From positions 1 to 27,687 of the IMG/VR virus record IMGVR_UViG_3300025503_000004: DNA of 27,687 nucleotides. One strand, written 5' to 3'. The notes below the pieces were generated by a model, which did no database searches, was not told the origin of the DNA, and saw nothing but the letters and a program-made list of their open reading frames with translations. How positions within the stretch are numbered: position 1 is the stretch's first letter; the number at the start of each line of letters is the position of its first letter. Below are positions 1 to 8,273 of this stretch, piece by piece. The position numbers and the translations under genes are program-made. The stretch comes from a virus (Duplodnaviria > Caudoviricetes).

Positions 1-1
1 G

Positions 2-421
2 AAAGACCTGCTCAGAACCCTCTTCCTGCTTGGCGAGGCCGAGCAGGACCCGGATGCTTCTGATATGGCCGAGGCGGTGGTGCAGCTCGGAGTTGCGTCG
101 CCCCAGCCGGAGCCCGAACCTGCCGAGCCGGAGCCGGTTGTGCCTAAGGCTGAGCCGGTCGCACCCAAGCCCGTTGAGCAGAAGGCCAATGCGGTGCGCT
201 CATGGGCTGCGTGGATGCGCGACAACCTGGGCACGCTGCCCCTCGCGGAGCAGAAGCGTCTTGTACAGGAGGGATTGGCTGCCATCCATGCCATTGGGCA
301 GCTGCCGTCAAGCCTGCCCCCGGAGAAGCTGGCGGCGCTGCAAGACGCGATCCTTGCCATGCTGCGCCCTGACGTAGACGACGATTTGCAGGAGGAAGAC
401 AATGGGGACATCGAGTTTTGA
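2..421 (+). CDS. 5'-truncated protein, probably the C-terminal part of an ERF-family single-strand annealing protein
   Basis: The frame is open from base 2: KDLLRTLFLLGEAEQDPDA resembles the end of the ERF domain (KYALxxxFxIxxxDDDPD). It is followed by a PEPEP linker and an acidic tail ending in DIEF. Confidence 0.45.
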   Translation, partial: KDLLRTLFLLGEAEQDPDASDMAEAVVQLGVASPQPEPEPAEPEPVVPKAEPVAPKPVEQKANAVRSWAAWMRDNLGTLPLAEQKRLVQEGLAAIHAIGQLPSSLPPEKLAALQDAILAMLRPDVDDDLQEEDNGDIEF

Positions 422-950
422 GGCCGTGATGAACGCCTATCCGCTTGCCCCTGGCTCCGAGTGGATGGTGACGGACGTTCAGGGAGAGACGATTTTGATG
501 GGGACCGAGGCGGTGCGCACTCCGGCCCTCATTGAGGTTCCTCGCGTGAACCAGATGGGGGAGCAGTTCATCGTGCCCTACTTGCTGGAGGAAGACATAA
601 CGCAGGAGTTTGAGGACACGGGAACCTGGTCCCTCTACCGCTTCCGGCCCCCGTTCAAGTGGCTGCGGCTCCAGGATGATGGTTCCTTTCTGGTGGGGAT
701 CGCCGAAGAGCGCCTCGGGTTCTGGCCTGAGATCGCTGAGCCTCTGCTGGGCGGCGTGCCCACCGAGGAAGAGACGTTGAAGGTGCCCGTTCACTCGCGT
801 GCGAAGCACTCGGTGCGTCCCGTTCCGATCAGGGTGAATGACGCGCTGGAGACGACCATCGGGCAGCGTGAAGCTACCTGGATCGTCTGGGAGCCTGCGT
901 GGGAGAGCGAGCCTCGTCAGGACCGACCGACTCCCAGGAGGAAGGCATGA
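402..950 (+). CDS. Hypothetical phage protein (182 aa)
   Basis: GGAGG SD at about 391-395, ATG at 402, ATGA coupling to the next gene, protein-like composition. Confidence 0.75.
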   Translation: MGTSSFEAVMNAYPLAPGSEWMVTDVQGETILMGTEAVRTPALIEVPRVNQMGEQFIVPYLLEEDITQEFEDTGTWSLYRFRPPFKWLRLQDDGSFLVGIAEERLGFWPEIAEPLLGGVPTEEETLKVPVHSRAKHSVRPVPIRVNDALETTIGQREATWIVWEPAWESEPRQDRPTPRRKA

Positions 951-1456
951 TACCGTTGTGGATGCCCACCGGCATTGAGCCGCGCCTGACGACCATCGCG
1001 GGGATCGTGCGAGGCGGCGTGATGGGCAACCCGCTCCACGCCCCCGTGTACGAGAAGACTGTGAAGCGGTGGATAGCCCGGACGGAACTAGCTCCTCTGA
1101 TGGAGAACCCTGCGGGGGTCCAGTGGTGGGATGTAGGGCTCATCCTGCAAACCCTCATGCAGGACGAGCAGGCTCAACAGCGCTTCAAGGTGGACCCTGA
1201 CTTTCTTGCGCTTGCGGCTGAGCACATCACTCTGTGGCCCGAGGCCTGGACCCCGGCCACCGTGCCGCTGCCCTGGTCACTCTCGCAGGAGATGGGCTTC
1301 TCTCACGAAGAGCTGACGTGGCTTGTGACGAGCGCCACCATTCGGGGAGAGCTGCCCAACTACGGGCTAGCGGTTTCGTCCGGCGCAGCAGCGTGGTGCA
1401 TGGAGCAGATCAGAACCGTTCTGACAAAGCGCGGAAAGAAAGGAGAGGACCGATGA
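947..1456 (+). CDS. Hypothetical phage protein (169 aa, MIPLWMPTG...)
   Basis: AGGAGG SD and an ATGA overlap at 947-950, which places the start later than in the ORF track. Confidence 0.75.
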   Translation: MIPLWMPTGIEPRLTTIAGIVRGGVMGNPLHAPVYEKTVKRWIARTELAPLMENPAGVQWWDVGLILQTLMQDEQAQQRFKVDPDFLALAAEHITLWPEAWTPATVPLPWSLSQEMGFSHEELTWLVTSATIRGELPNYGLAVSSGAAAWCMEQIRTVLTKRGKKGEDR

Positions 1457-1584
1457 TCCCGCACCTGGATTGGGAGCAGATCGCGCTTAGCGAGGGCGCA
1501 GTACTTGTCGCCTTGGCCGCCTATCGAGCGGGGCGCGTCGTTGAGCGCGAGCGGCGTAGCCGGGTGAGGATGGAGGACTCATGA
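1453..1584 (+). CDS. Small protein (43 aa) with a short hydrophobic segment followed by a basic tail
   Basis: AGGAGAGG SD and ATGA overlaps at both ends; sequence MIPHLDWEQIALSEGAVLVALAAYRAGRVVERERRSR... Confidence 0.6.
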   Translation: MIPHLDWEQIALSEGAVLVALAAYRAGRVVERERRSRVRMEDS

Positions 1585-2186
1585 CGCTGCGAGCACGCAT
1601 CGCCAGCCTGGGTGGGATGGCAGTCGCTGGGATAGTAGGGGGAGCCGTCGTGAGTGCGGCGGCCCCCCCTGTGCATATGCCAGTTCCGATTGCCACTGTA
1701 GCGGCACGGGCGTCGGTATCTCACGTAGCCGTTCCCCCGTTGCCCACCCATCTCGATCCGGCGCAGCCCCCGGCTGCGCCGCCCTCTTCGCCCCCGCCGT
1801 CGCCCATGCAACAGATCGAAGGCATTCTTGACACTATGTCGGTTGAGTTCAACATTGACCATTGCCTCATCTGGGCCATTGCGTGGCACGAGTCACGCTG
1901 GAACCCGCAGGCCGTGGGAGACAACGGAACGTCGTTCGGGCTTTTCCAGCTCCACATGGGCGGCGAGCTGGGCAACTTGACCCCCGAGGAGGTCATGGCC
2001 GAGCCCGCCCTGAACGCCTTTATCGCGGTATCCCGGCTAGCTGCCGCGATCCAGGCCAACCCGGGGATCAGCCCGGGGTGGGCAGCGGCCCTTGCTCAGC
2101 GCCCCACTGATCCGGCTCTTTATGCGGCCCGTGTGACCTACTGGTGGTCGGCATGTCACAACGGGTGGAACCCGGCAGCTTCGTGA
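1581..2186 (+). CDS. Secreted or membrane-anchored lytic transglycosylase (SLT/lysozyme-like domain)
   Basis: N-terminal hydrophobic signal ending SAAA, a Pro-rich linker, then AIAWHESRWNPQAVGDNGTSFGLFQL (catalytic ES motif and GLFQ motif). GGAGG SD. Confidence 0.85.
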   Translation: MTLRARIASLGGMAVAGIVGGAVVSAAAPPVHMPVPIATVAARASVSHVAVPPLPTHLDPAQPPAAPPSSPPPSPMQQIEGILDTMSVEFNIDHCLIWAIAWHESRWNPQAVGDNGTSFGLFQLHMGGELGNLTPEEVMAEPALNAFIAVSRLAAAIQANPGISPGWAAALAQRPTDPALYAARVTYWWSACHNGWNPAAS

Positions 2187-2245
2187 AATGGAAGACAGGG
2201 TGTAGTATTGCAGGTATATCAAACTGGGACATACGGAGGTGCATC
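2187..2245 (+). promoter_or_regulatory. Possible promoter plus RBS for the HTH / recombinase-like / HNH genes
   Basis: The only AT-richer intergenic gap on the plus arm. TAGTAT -10-like hexamer at 2203-2208 and GGAGGT SD at 2235-2240; no convincing -35. Confidence 0.35.
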
Positions 2246-2479
2246 ATGAGGGGTAAGCCATCCCGGTCCATGGCGATTGTGGAGAAGGAGTACGGCGAGC
2301 TTCTCCACGAGCTTGATGAGGTGATGAGCCAGATTGTGCTAGCCGAGGAAAGGGTGAGCGAGCTGCGCAACGAGCGGAGCAAGGTCTTGGCTCGTCTTTA
2401 CGAAGCCGGTGCCACGCGCATGGAGGTCGCGCAGTGGCTTGGTGTTCAAAACAGCACGCAGTGGCTCACCGTCCGGTGA
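2246..2479 (+). CDS. Small coiled-coil plus helix-turn-helix DNA-binding protein (77 aa)
   Basis: GGAGGT SD before ATG 2246. The C-terminal LYEAGATRMEVAQWLGVQNST is HTH-like. Confidence 0.65.
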   Translation: MRGKPSRSMAIVEKEYGELLHELDEVMSQIVLAEERVSELRNERSKVLARLYEAGATRMEVAQWLGVQNSTQWLTVR

Positions 2480-2482
2480 GCC

Positions 2483-3349
2483 ATGCCCACGCAGCGGCGC
2501 TCCACCGAGGAGTGGTTAGCCCGGTTCGCGGAGTGGGTTGCGGAGACGGACCCACCTCGTGTGGCCCAGGTTGGTCTAGTGATGGGCGAGATCAAGCGCA
2601 TGGCGCAGGTATACAGCCTGAGTTCCCTACGAGCCGTGCAGCTACAGGCGTGGCTTTTGCACCGCATGGCAGAGGGGGCGAACCCCGAGCACGTCATGCG
2701 ATGCCTGAAGGCGTGGGACGCCTTCAGGTTGGATACGGGCCACGCCAAGCGCGCCCTCACTGCCAACCTGGTCATTCCCCGTGCGCCGCAATCCGAGACG
2801 GCCAGCACCCGTGACGTGATGCGCCTGCTGGACTGCCCGATCACTAGTCGGCTGGACCAGTGGTTCCGCTTCGTCACCTACTTGTCTGCCTACCATCGTG
2901 TGCCGTATTCCTCCGCAGCCCGCATGGAGGTGGGGGATGTGGACCTTCAGGCAGGCGTGATGCTCCTGCGGGATCATCACGGCACCGTGATCGAGCTGGA
3001 TGTTCCCCTGAGCCCCCAGGCCCAGTTGTTCTACCTTGAGCTGCGCGTAGACCCCAAGGCTCAGGGGTTGGTCGAGGATCAAGTGCGTCAAGCCAACGGC
3101 TTGACGCCCGACCTGTCTTTGGAGCACCGCCGTGAGGCGTACCGGCGCTGGATCAGAAAAGTGAGTGGCAACCCCACCTTGACCCCCACCCATATCGTCC
3201 GCTGGGGGGAGTGGAGATTGGTAGCGGTCTTGGCTGCGCAGGATGCTCGGTTGCTCCGGGATTCCGATGCCGCGAAGTTCCGCAGGCGCTTGTGGAGCCG
3301 CCGTTCCCCGGCGGCTGTCGCAGCAATGCTCCGACTCGCGGAGCACTAG
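2483..3349 (+). CDS. XerC/D-like tyrosine-recombinase-fold protein, apparently catalytically inactive
   Basis: 288 aa with a SAM-like N-terminal region. DVMRLLDCP...FRFVTYLSAYHRVPYSSAARMEVGDVDLQAGV...VPLS aligns by eye to XerD box I, with GLR replaced by RVP. No C-terminal Tyr. Confidence 0.7.
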   Translation: MPTQRRSTEEWLARFAEWVAETDPPRVAQVGLVMGEIKRMAQVYSLSSLRAVQLQAWLLHRMAEGANPEHVMRCLKAWDAFRLDTGHAKRALTANLVIPRAPQSETASTRDVMRLLDCPITSRLDQWFRFVTYLSAYHRVPYSSAARMEVGDVDLQAGVMLLRDHHGTVIELDVPLSPQAQLFYLELRVDPKAQGLVEDQVRQANGLTPDLSLEHRREAYRRWIRKVSGNPTLTPTHIVRWGEWRLVAVLAAQDARLLRDSDAAKFRRRLWSRRSPAAVAAMLRLAEH

Positions 3350-3750
3350 TGGCGTTGCTAGACTGGGCGCGTATGCAGCGCGGCCAGCCCCCGAAGCGCA
3401 AGCAACCCTTGCGCCGCAAGAAGCCCATCAAGCGGATGTCGAACGCCAAGCGCGAGGAATGGATGCTTCGCAAGCGCGAGGAGGTCATGCGCGAGGTGTA
3501 CCGGCGAGACAGGGGCTGTATCTGGCTCAAAGTGGGAGGCGACCCGACGATCAAGTGCTGGGGCGGCCTGGACGTCCATGAGCCCCTGCCTCGATCTCGT
3601 GGGGGTGATCCCCTTGACCCTGCTCAGTGCGTCTTGCTTTGCCGTGGGCACCACCGCTGGGTGCATGACCACCCCGCAGCGGGCAAGGCGTTAGGGCTGC
3701 TCTACGCTGGTTACCAGTGGCCCGTAGGCCAGATGCCCGACGGTCGCTAG
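3349..3750 (+). CDS. HNH endonuclease-family protein
   Basis: VYRRDRGC...C...DVHEPLPRSRGG...CVLLCRGHHRWVH. GTG 3349 overlaps the previous TAG (ATG 3373 is an alternative start). The usual Asn position appears as Gln. Confidence 0.8.
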   Translation: MALLDWARMQRGQPPKRKQPLRRKKPIKRMSNAKREEWMLRKREEVMREVYRRDRGCIWLKVGGDPTIKCWGGLDVHEPLPRSRGGDPLDPAQCVLLCRGHHRWVHDHPAAGKALGLLYAGYQWPVGQMPDGR

Positions 3751-4550
3751 AGCGGGGCCACCAGGCGCACGGCGAAGAAGTTGCTGTAGCCGGAGCTAGT
3801 GTAGGGGATTGCCGCAGCGTTTGATGCACCACCGGGTATGTCAACTAAGTTGATGTACACACTAAGCGATAGCTGTGTTCCAGCTTCACATGGTAAATAC
3901 CCTGTTAGTATTCCTGTTGGGTATGTCATCATGAAACTTCCGCTAGGGGTTGTGGGATTTTCATTCCAATAGTTAGTATTTTGCAGCACCTGAGTGCCAT
4001 TACTCAAGACGCTCAATGCGTAGTTGCCTGCGCCTTGTGGTTGGCTGCCATTGAGTTGGAAAGTCAACTGAGCTTCCACCACGTACAACCCTGCTACTCC
4101 GACGGTGAAGGTTCCGCTGGATTGCGTAAAGCTGATGTTGCCATACGTCGTAAAGTTGGTCCATGTGGTGACGGGAGTACTAGTAGTATTGCTGAACACC
4201 TGCGTTTGTGATGCTCCCGCAGGGAAGTAGGCGTACCCTACCGTAGGAGGGTTGTATTCCGCAGGCCAGGGGTGAACGTTGATGGTGTACGTGGTCACGA
4301 TGCCGTTGATGTTGATGTAGAGCGTGTACTGCCCTGGCTGGGCAAAGAACGTGAGGTTGCCGTAGCTGTCCGTCGAGACGGGGTTGGGAACCGTCGTGGT
4401 GGAGTTGTAGGCCTGGTAGAGCGTGGCAAGGGTGCCGGACGAGCCGACCGTTGTGCCCAGGTAGACGGCGACGGGCTGGTTGGCAACCGGCTGCCCGGCG
4501 GCGTCCAGGATCGCCGTAGGCCCGTACTGGCCGTTGTAAATGAACGCCAT
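3747..4550 (-). CDS. Tail fibre / receptor-binding protein: N-terminal anchor domain plus C1q/TNF-like beta-sandwich head (267 aa)
   Basis: TGATG coupling at 4548-4552. N-terminal ATLY...PNPVSTDSYGNLTFFAQPGQYTL; C-terminal SGTFTVGVAGLYVVEAQLTF is C1q-like. Confidence 0.7.
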   Translation of the reverse strand: MAFIYNGQYGPTAILDAAGQPVANQPVAVYLGTTVGSSGTLATLYQAYNSTTTVPNPVSTDSYGNLTFFAQPGQYTLYININGIVTTYTINVHPWPAEYNPPTVGYAYFPAGASQTQVFSNTTSTPVTTWTNFTTYGNISFTQSSGTFTVGVAGLYVVEAQLTFQLNGSQPQGAGNYALSVLSNGTQVLQNTNYWNENPTTPSGSFMMTYPTGILTGYLPCEAGTQLSLSVYINLVDIPGGASNAAAIPYTSSGYSNFFAVRLVAPL

Positions 4551-5080
4551 CAGAGTATCCCTTCCCAAGCGGTGCCCGTGTAGACGTAGATGCGCTGGTT
4601 GGCGGTCGTCGGTGTGTCGGTGCGCAAGTAGTAATCGCCGGGCTGAGCAGGTATCTCGGCGGGAGGCGCACCAGCGCCTCCCCAGAGGCGGTTAGGCCCC
4701 TGCATGAACATGTTGTTGGCATACCCACAGAGAGGCAAGAAGTAAGGATTAGGGGTACCTGCGAGCTTCCCAAGAACGACTCGATCCGATGCTGACCACT
4801 CTCGGCCTCGATAGATCAGCACCCCATCCCCGACGACAGGGTGGTACGAAGCTAGGTAGGGGAGTGTCACCTGATAGGCCGGGTCGTTGTAGTGCTGCGT
4901 GCCATCCAGGTAGACCGTCACGGTAGGGGGCGGCCCTGGGTTGACCGACTCCACGATCCCCCATTGAAACTCGCTGTCCGCATAGTAGCCCAAAGGGTTG
5001 CGGTTCAGCCGGGCCATGCGCTCGGCGTGGAGCTGGGCAGCATGGCGGCTGACGGGATCAGGCACTTGACGTGTAGCCAT
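4550..5080 (-). CDS. Minor tail / baseplate protein (OB-fold-like N-terminal region plus fibre-like motif)
   Basis: WGIVESV...TVYLDG...LASYHPVVGDGVLI...VVLGKL, then GAGAP...GDYYLRTD...IYV. AGGAG SD; lies in the tail module. Confidence 0.65.
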   Translation of the reverse strand: MATRQVPDPVSRHAAQLHAERMARLNRNPLGYYADSEFQWGIVESVNPGPPPTVTVYLDGTQHYNDPAYQVTLPYLASYHPVVGDGVLIYRGREWSASDRVVLGKLAGTPNPYFLPLCGYANNMFMQGPNRLWGGAGAPPAEIPAQPGDYYLRTDTPTTANQRIYVYTGTAWEGIL

Positions 5081-5089
5081 GACTTGCTC

Positions 5090-5881
5090 CTATTCCTGGG
5101 CCGTGATGGGGACGATCCAGCCCTCGCCGGTACCGATGCTGATACCCGAGCCTGCTGTACTGATCGAGATGCTCACTTGGCCGCTGCCGTTGAAGCAAAC
5201 GGGGGCGTTGGCATAGAGAGGCCATTGGACCCCTCCGACAATGTTGCCGGTGTAGTGGGAACCCCCTCCGATGCCGTACCCGTCTACGCCGGGGCCATAC
5301 ACAAACGCGGAGACTTCCGTGAACGTAGACCCGCTTGTAGTCTCCCACAAGCACTGAATCCCTACGAAGTACCACCCGGCATAGTTGACAGTTCCTGTAA
5401 TCACGTTGTCTGCGGTTCCCCCGCTGGGAATGTTGATCCCTGAAACGCCTACGTTGATGACGTACCCAAGACTGTTGACGACCGAGTTGAGCTGGTTCTG
5501 GAGCGAAATGACGTTCCCGTTCGTGGTGTTGAGCTGGCTTTGCAAGGATGTGATGTTGTTCACGTCCACAGCCTGCTGGTTGAGGATGTTCTGGATGTCC
5601 TCGTACCAGGGGTTGACGGTAGTGTTGTAGCTCGTCACCACTCCACCCACCGTGAAGCTCAGGGTGTAGTATCCCGGGGCGGCGAAGAAAAACATGTTGC
5701 CGTATTGATCGGTGGTCACGGGGTTGGGGGCCGTGTTCGCCATCGTCTCGTCCGTGTACAGCGTTGCGGTGGTGGTGGTCCCCTGGACGTAGACCGTGAC
5801 GGGGGTGTTGGTCACGGGCAGACCCTGGTTGTTGAGGATGGTCGCCGGTCCCCAGAGTCCTGCGTACTGGAACGATGCCAT
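5090..5881 (-). CDS. Tail fibre / receptor-binding protein: anchor domain, coiled coil, beta head (263 aa)
   Basis: N-terminal domain is paralogous to 3747..4550; Asn/Gln heptads (ITSLQSQLNTTNGNVISLQNQLN). AGGAGAGG SD. Confidence 0.7.
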   Translation of the reverse strand: MASFQYAGLWGPATILNNQGLPVTNTPVTVYVQGTTTTATLYTDETMANTAPNPVTTDQYGNMFFFAAPGYYTLSFTVGGVVTSYNTTVNPWYEDIQNILNQQAVDVNNITSLQSQLNTTNGNVISLQNQLNSVVNSLGYVINVGVSGINIPSGGTADNVITGTVNYAGWYFVGIQCLWETTSGSTFTEVSAFVYGPGVDGYGIGGGSHYTGNIVGGVQWPLYANAPVCFNGSGQVSISISTAGSGISIGTGEGWIVPITAQE

Positions 5882-5892
5882 GATGTCCTCTC

Positions 5893-7194
5893 CTAGGCGG
5901 GTGGCGCACCCGGCGGGGTGGCGGGGGGGTTGTTGGAGATCACTCGTCCGGTCATGAGCGTGGTGTCCGCGTAGCTGATCCCGTGAGTAATGGTATCCAC
6001 GACTACGCGGGCGTTGTACAGCCCCACCCTTGGGCGAGTGACCGTGATTACGTCGTCGATGTCGAAGATAGGGTTCGGGGGGACTTGGAGCGTGACGGTC
6101 CAGGCCGACGAGAGAGCTACCTGGAGCATGGTGTTCGCCATCTGCTGTGCCCCTGCTGCCGTGACCAGGTTGCTCGATACGAAGTTGGGCACGTTCCCCA
6201 GGCCGCCCTTGATGTAGGTGGGGGACGAAGGGTTGGTATCCGCTGCCTGAGCTAGGAGCGGCTGACCTTGTGCAACCCCGTTCGGGTTGTACTGGGGGGC
6301 GTTGGCTGTTCCGGTCCCCTGGATCACGATATCGTTGTAGATGGACTGGCGAGTCATGGTCACTTGGACCTCGACGGGGATCGAGTAAGGGGAGCCGAAC
6401 AGGGACTTCGCCCCCACTCCTGGGTAGCCGTAGACCGTCGTGGTATCGTCGGTGTAGTTCCAGGTCACGGGCTGGGTGAAGGGATCAGGCACCGGCTTGC
6501 CCACGACTACGCCGTGGGCATCAAAGTACAGCTCGTAGCCCACGGCATTGGCAAGCGACAGGACCGCTTGCCACGGATCAGAACCTTGGTTGAATGTGGC
6601 CGGGGGAACCGTGGCGTTGGTGGGAACGATGTTGTAGGCAAGCGGAGCTACGCCTTCCTGCTGGCTCCACACAAAGTTGAGCAACGCTTGTATCTCGTCG
6701 GCAAACAGGCCGCTCGGTGTAGCAGGGACGGAGTAGGGAGCAAGGAAGGCCCGCTGAGAGATGGTGTAGGAGCGGTCGGCCAGGTTCGTGGTCACCACAC
6801 AGTCAATGATCGTGTCGTCCACCGCCGTCTCGGTAATGGTGAACAGCCCCAGGGGAACCCATTGGGTAGGAGTTGCATACGTGGCCCCTGGAACCTGGCT
6901 GGACGCGATGCCGTACTCAATGTACAGCTCGGTACCGAAGGGGTTCAGCGGCGAGTTGGGGGCCACCGGCATGAGAGGGGGGGGTGGGATGTCGGGCGTA
7001 ACTTCAATGGTGAACTGGCCGGTCCTGCGCTGGGCTGAGTTGCGCGAGACCGTGAACGAGCCGGTTGAAGCTGAGGTGGTGTAATACTTGCCAGTCGGTG
7101 CGCCGTTCTTGTAGAGCTGGAAGCGCACCTGTACCAGCGTCGCGCCGAAGCGCAGCGCGTCAATGAATGCTGAGTTGGGTGAGAGGACGGGCAT
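5893..7194 (-). CDS. Baseplate hub / minor tail protein (DUF5047-like)
   Basis: Motifs GSFTVSRNSAQRRTG, LNPFGTELYIEYGI, WVPLGLFTI, DPWQAVLSLANAVGYELYFDAHG and IYNDIVIQG are typical of actinophage hub proteins. Confidence 0.75.
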   Translation of the reverse strand: MPVLSPNSAFIDALRFGATLVQVRFQLYKNGAPTGKYYTTSASTGSFTVSRNSAQRRTGQFTIEVTPDIPPPPLMPVAPNSPLNPFGTELYIEYGIASSQVPGATYATPTQWVPLGLFTITETAVDDTIIDCVVTTNLADRSYTISQRAFLAPYSVPATPSGLFADEIQALLNFVWSQQEGVAPLAYNIVPTNATVPPATFNQGSDPWQAVLSLANAVGYELYFDAHGVVVGKPVPDPFTQPVTWNYTDDTTTVYGYPGVGAKSLFGSPYSIPVEVQVTMTRQSIYNDIVIQGTGTANAPQYNPNGVAQGQPLLAQAADTNPSSPTYIKGGLGNVPNFVSSNLVTAAGAQQMANTMLQVALSSAWTVTLQVPPNPIFDIDDVITVTRPRVGLYNARVVVDTITHGISYADTTLMTGRVISNNPPATPPGAPPA

Positions 7195-8270
7195 CAGACT
7201 TGTGGCCTCTGTTGTGCGACTGCTGTGACTTGGATCGTGCGGTGGGGCTGGCTCGCCGTGGAGGGCAACAGGTTCGTGTTCTTCGTCTGGTTGCCGACCC
7301 CGGTGGACATGCCTCCGGTCTGGGGACCGAACCGGAAGTAGCCCGAGTCAAGCACTCCCCACGGGCTGGAGACGAAGATGATCCGCTGGGACTTGGTGAG
7401 GGCGTCCAGGGCCTGGTACGTCTCCACGTGAAACGTCTCGAACGTGGCCTGAAAGTCCTGGTGCATGACGACGTTCGCGACCATGTTCATGGTCGGCTGG
7501 CCTGTGACGATGTGGGCTTGGCTTTGCTCCGTGTTGACCGGCTGCCATTGGGTGGGCTGGGCTGCGACGGCAGAGGGAGGGTTGGTGGGGTCGATCTCCC
7601 ACCACTCGGTTGTCGTGAAAATCACGGCGTTGGACGTGTCGGGCAACGACATGAGGTACATACTTGGGCTTGGGCCGTAGATGGTGTAGCCCGTGTAGGT
7701 GTAGGTCACGGTAGGAACGCACTCGTAGTCGTAGATCGTAACGGATTGCGAAGTGGTAGGTAGGGGGAGAGGGTTGGCGTAGCTTGCGCCTCGGACGGCC
7801 AAGCCGTCCGACCGGATGATGTAGGCACTCGTGACCCACCGGAACCCGCCTGCCCCCGGCCCCACCTGCCCCGATGTTATGGCTTGCTGTTGAGCTTGGG
7901 AAATCCAAGAGAATATCCCCATCTTCTGCATGGTGTGCTGTTCGTTGGGGTTGACGGCGAAGATGTCAAGAGTGATGGTCACTTGGCTCATCTGCCCCGG
8001 AGGGCAGGTGAAGACCACAATGGGCTCAGCGTTGGGCTCCACAGCCACCCCAGAAAAGTAGTCCACTCCGTTGACCGAAGCGACAAGCTGGCAGTTCCGG
8101 CTTATCAGCGGGTCAACTGAGTTGACCAGCGCTTGGGCAAAGTAGGTGCCTGGAGGGAGCGTGTAAGCCCCCGACGTGACGCTCACCGTCAGCTCGGCTG
8201 AACCACCTTGACCGAGAACCTGATTGCCAAGTACCCCTTGACCTAGGACTCCAAGCTGAGACGTTGCCAT
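7194..8270 (-). CDS. Minor tail protein, distal-tail-like C-terminal region
   Basis: IYDYECVPTVTYTY and WWEIDPTNP motifs. Lies directly upstream of the hub gene and is coupled to it by TGATG. Confidence 0.6.
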   Translation of the reverse strand: MATSQLGVLGQGVLGNQVLGQGGSAELTVSVTSGAYTLPPGTYFAQALVNSVDPLISRNCQLVASVNGVDYFSGVAVEPNAEPIVVFTCPPGQMSQVTITLDIFAVNPNEQHTMQKMGIFSWISQAQQQAITSGQVGPGAGGFRWVTSAYIIRSDGLAVRGASYANPLPLPTTSQSVTIYDYECVPTVTYTYTGYTIYGPSPSMYLMSLPDTSNAVIFTTTEWWEIDPTNPPSAVAAQPTQWQPVNTEQSQAHIVTGQPTMNMVANVVMHQDFQATFETFHVETYQALDALTKSQRIIFVSSPWGVLDSGYFRFGPQTGGMSTGVGNQTKNTNLLPSTASQPHRTIQVTAVAQQRPQV

Positions 8271-8273
8271 GGG

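Noticed and set aside
2483-3349. Functional integrase and att site
   Set aside because: The catalytic Arg and Tyr are missing, and no tRNA or att-like repeat is visible in the window.
3747-5881. Diversity-generating retroelement or invertible cassette acting on the fibre genes
   Set aside because: No reverse transcriptase, no near-identical template/variable repeat pair and no inverted repeats were seen. The neighbouring recombinase-like protein lacks its catalytic residues.
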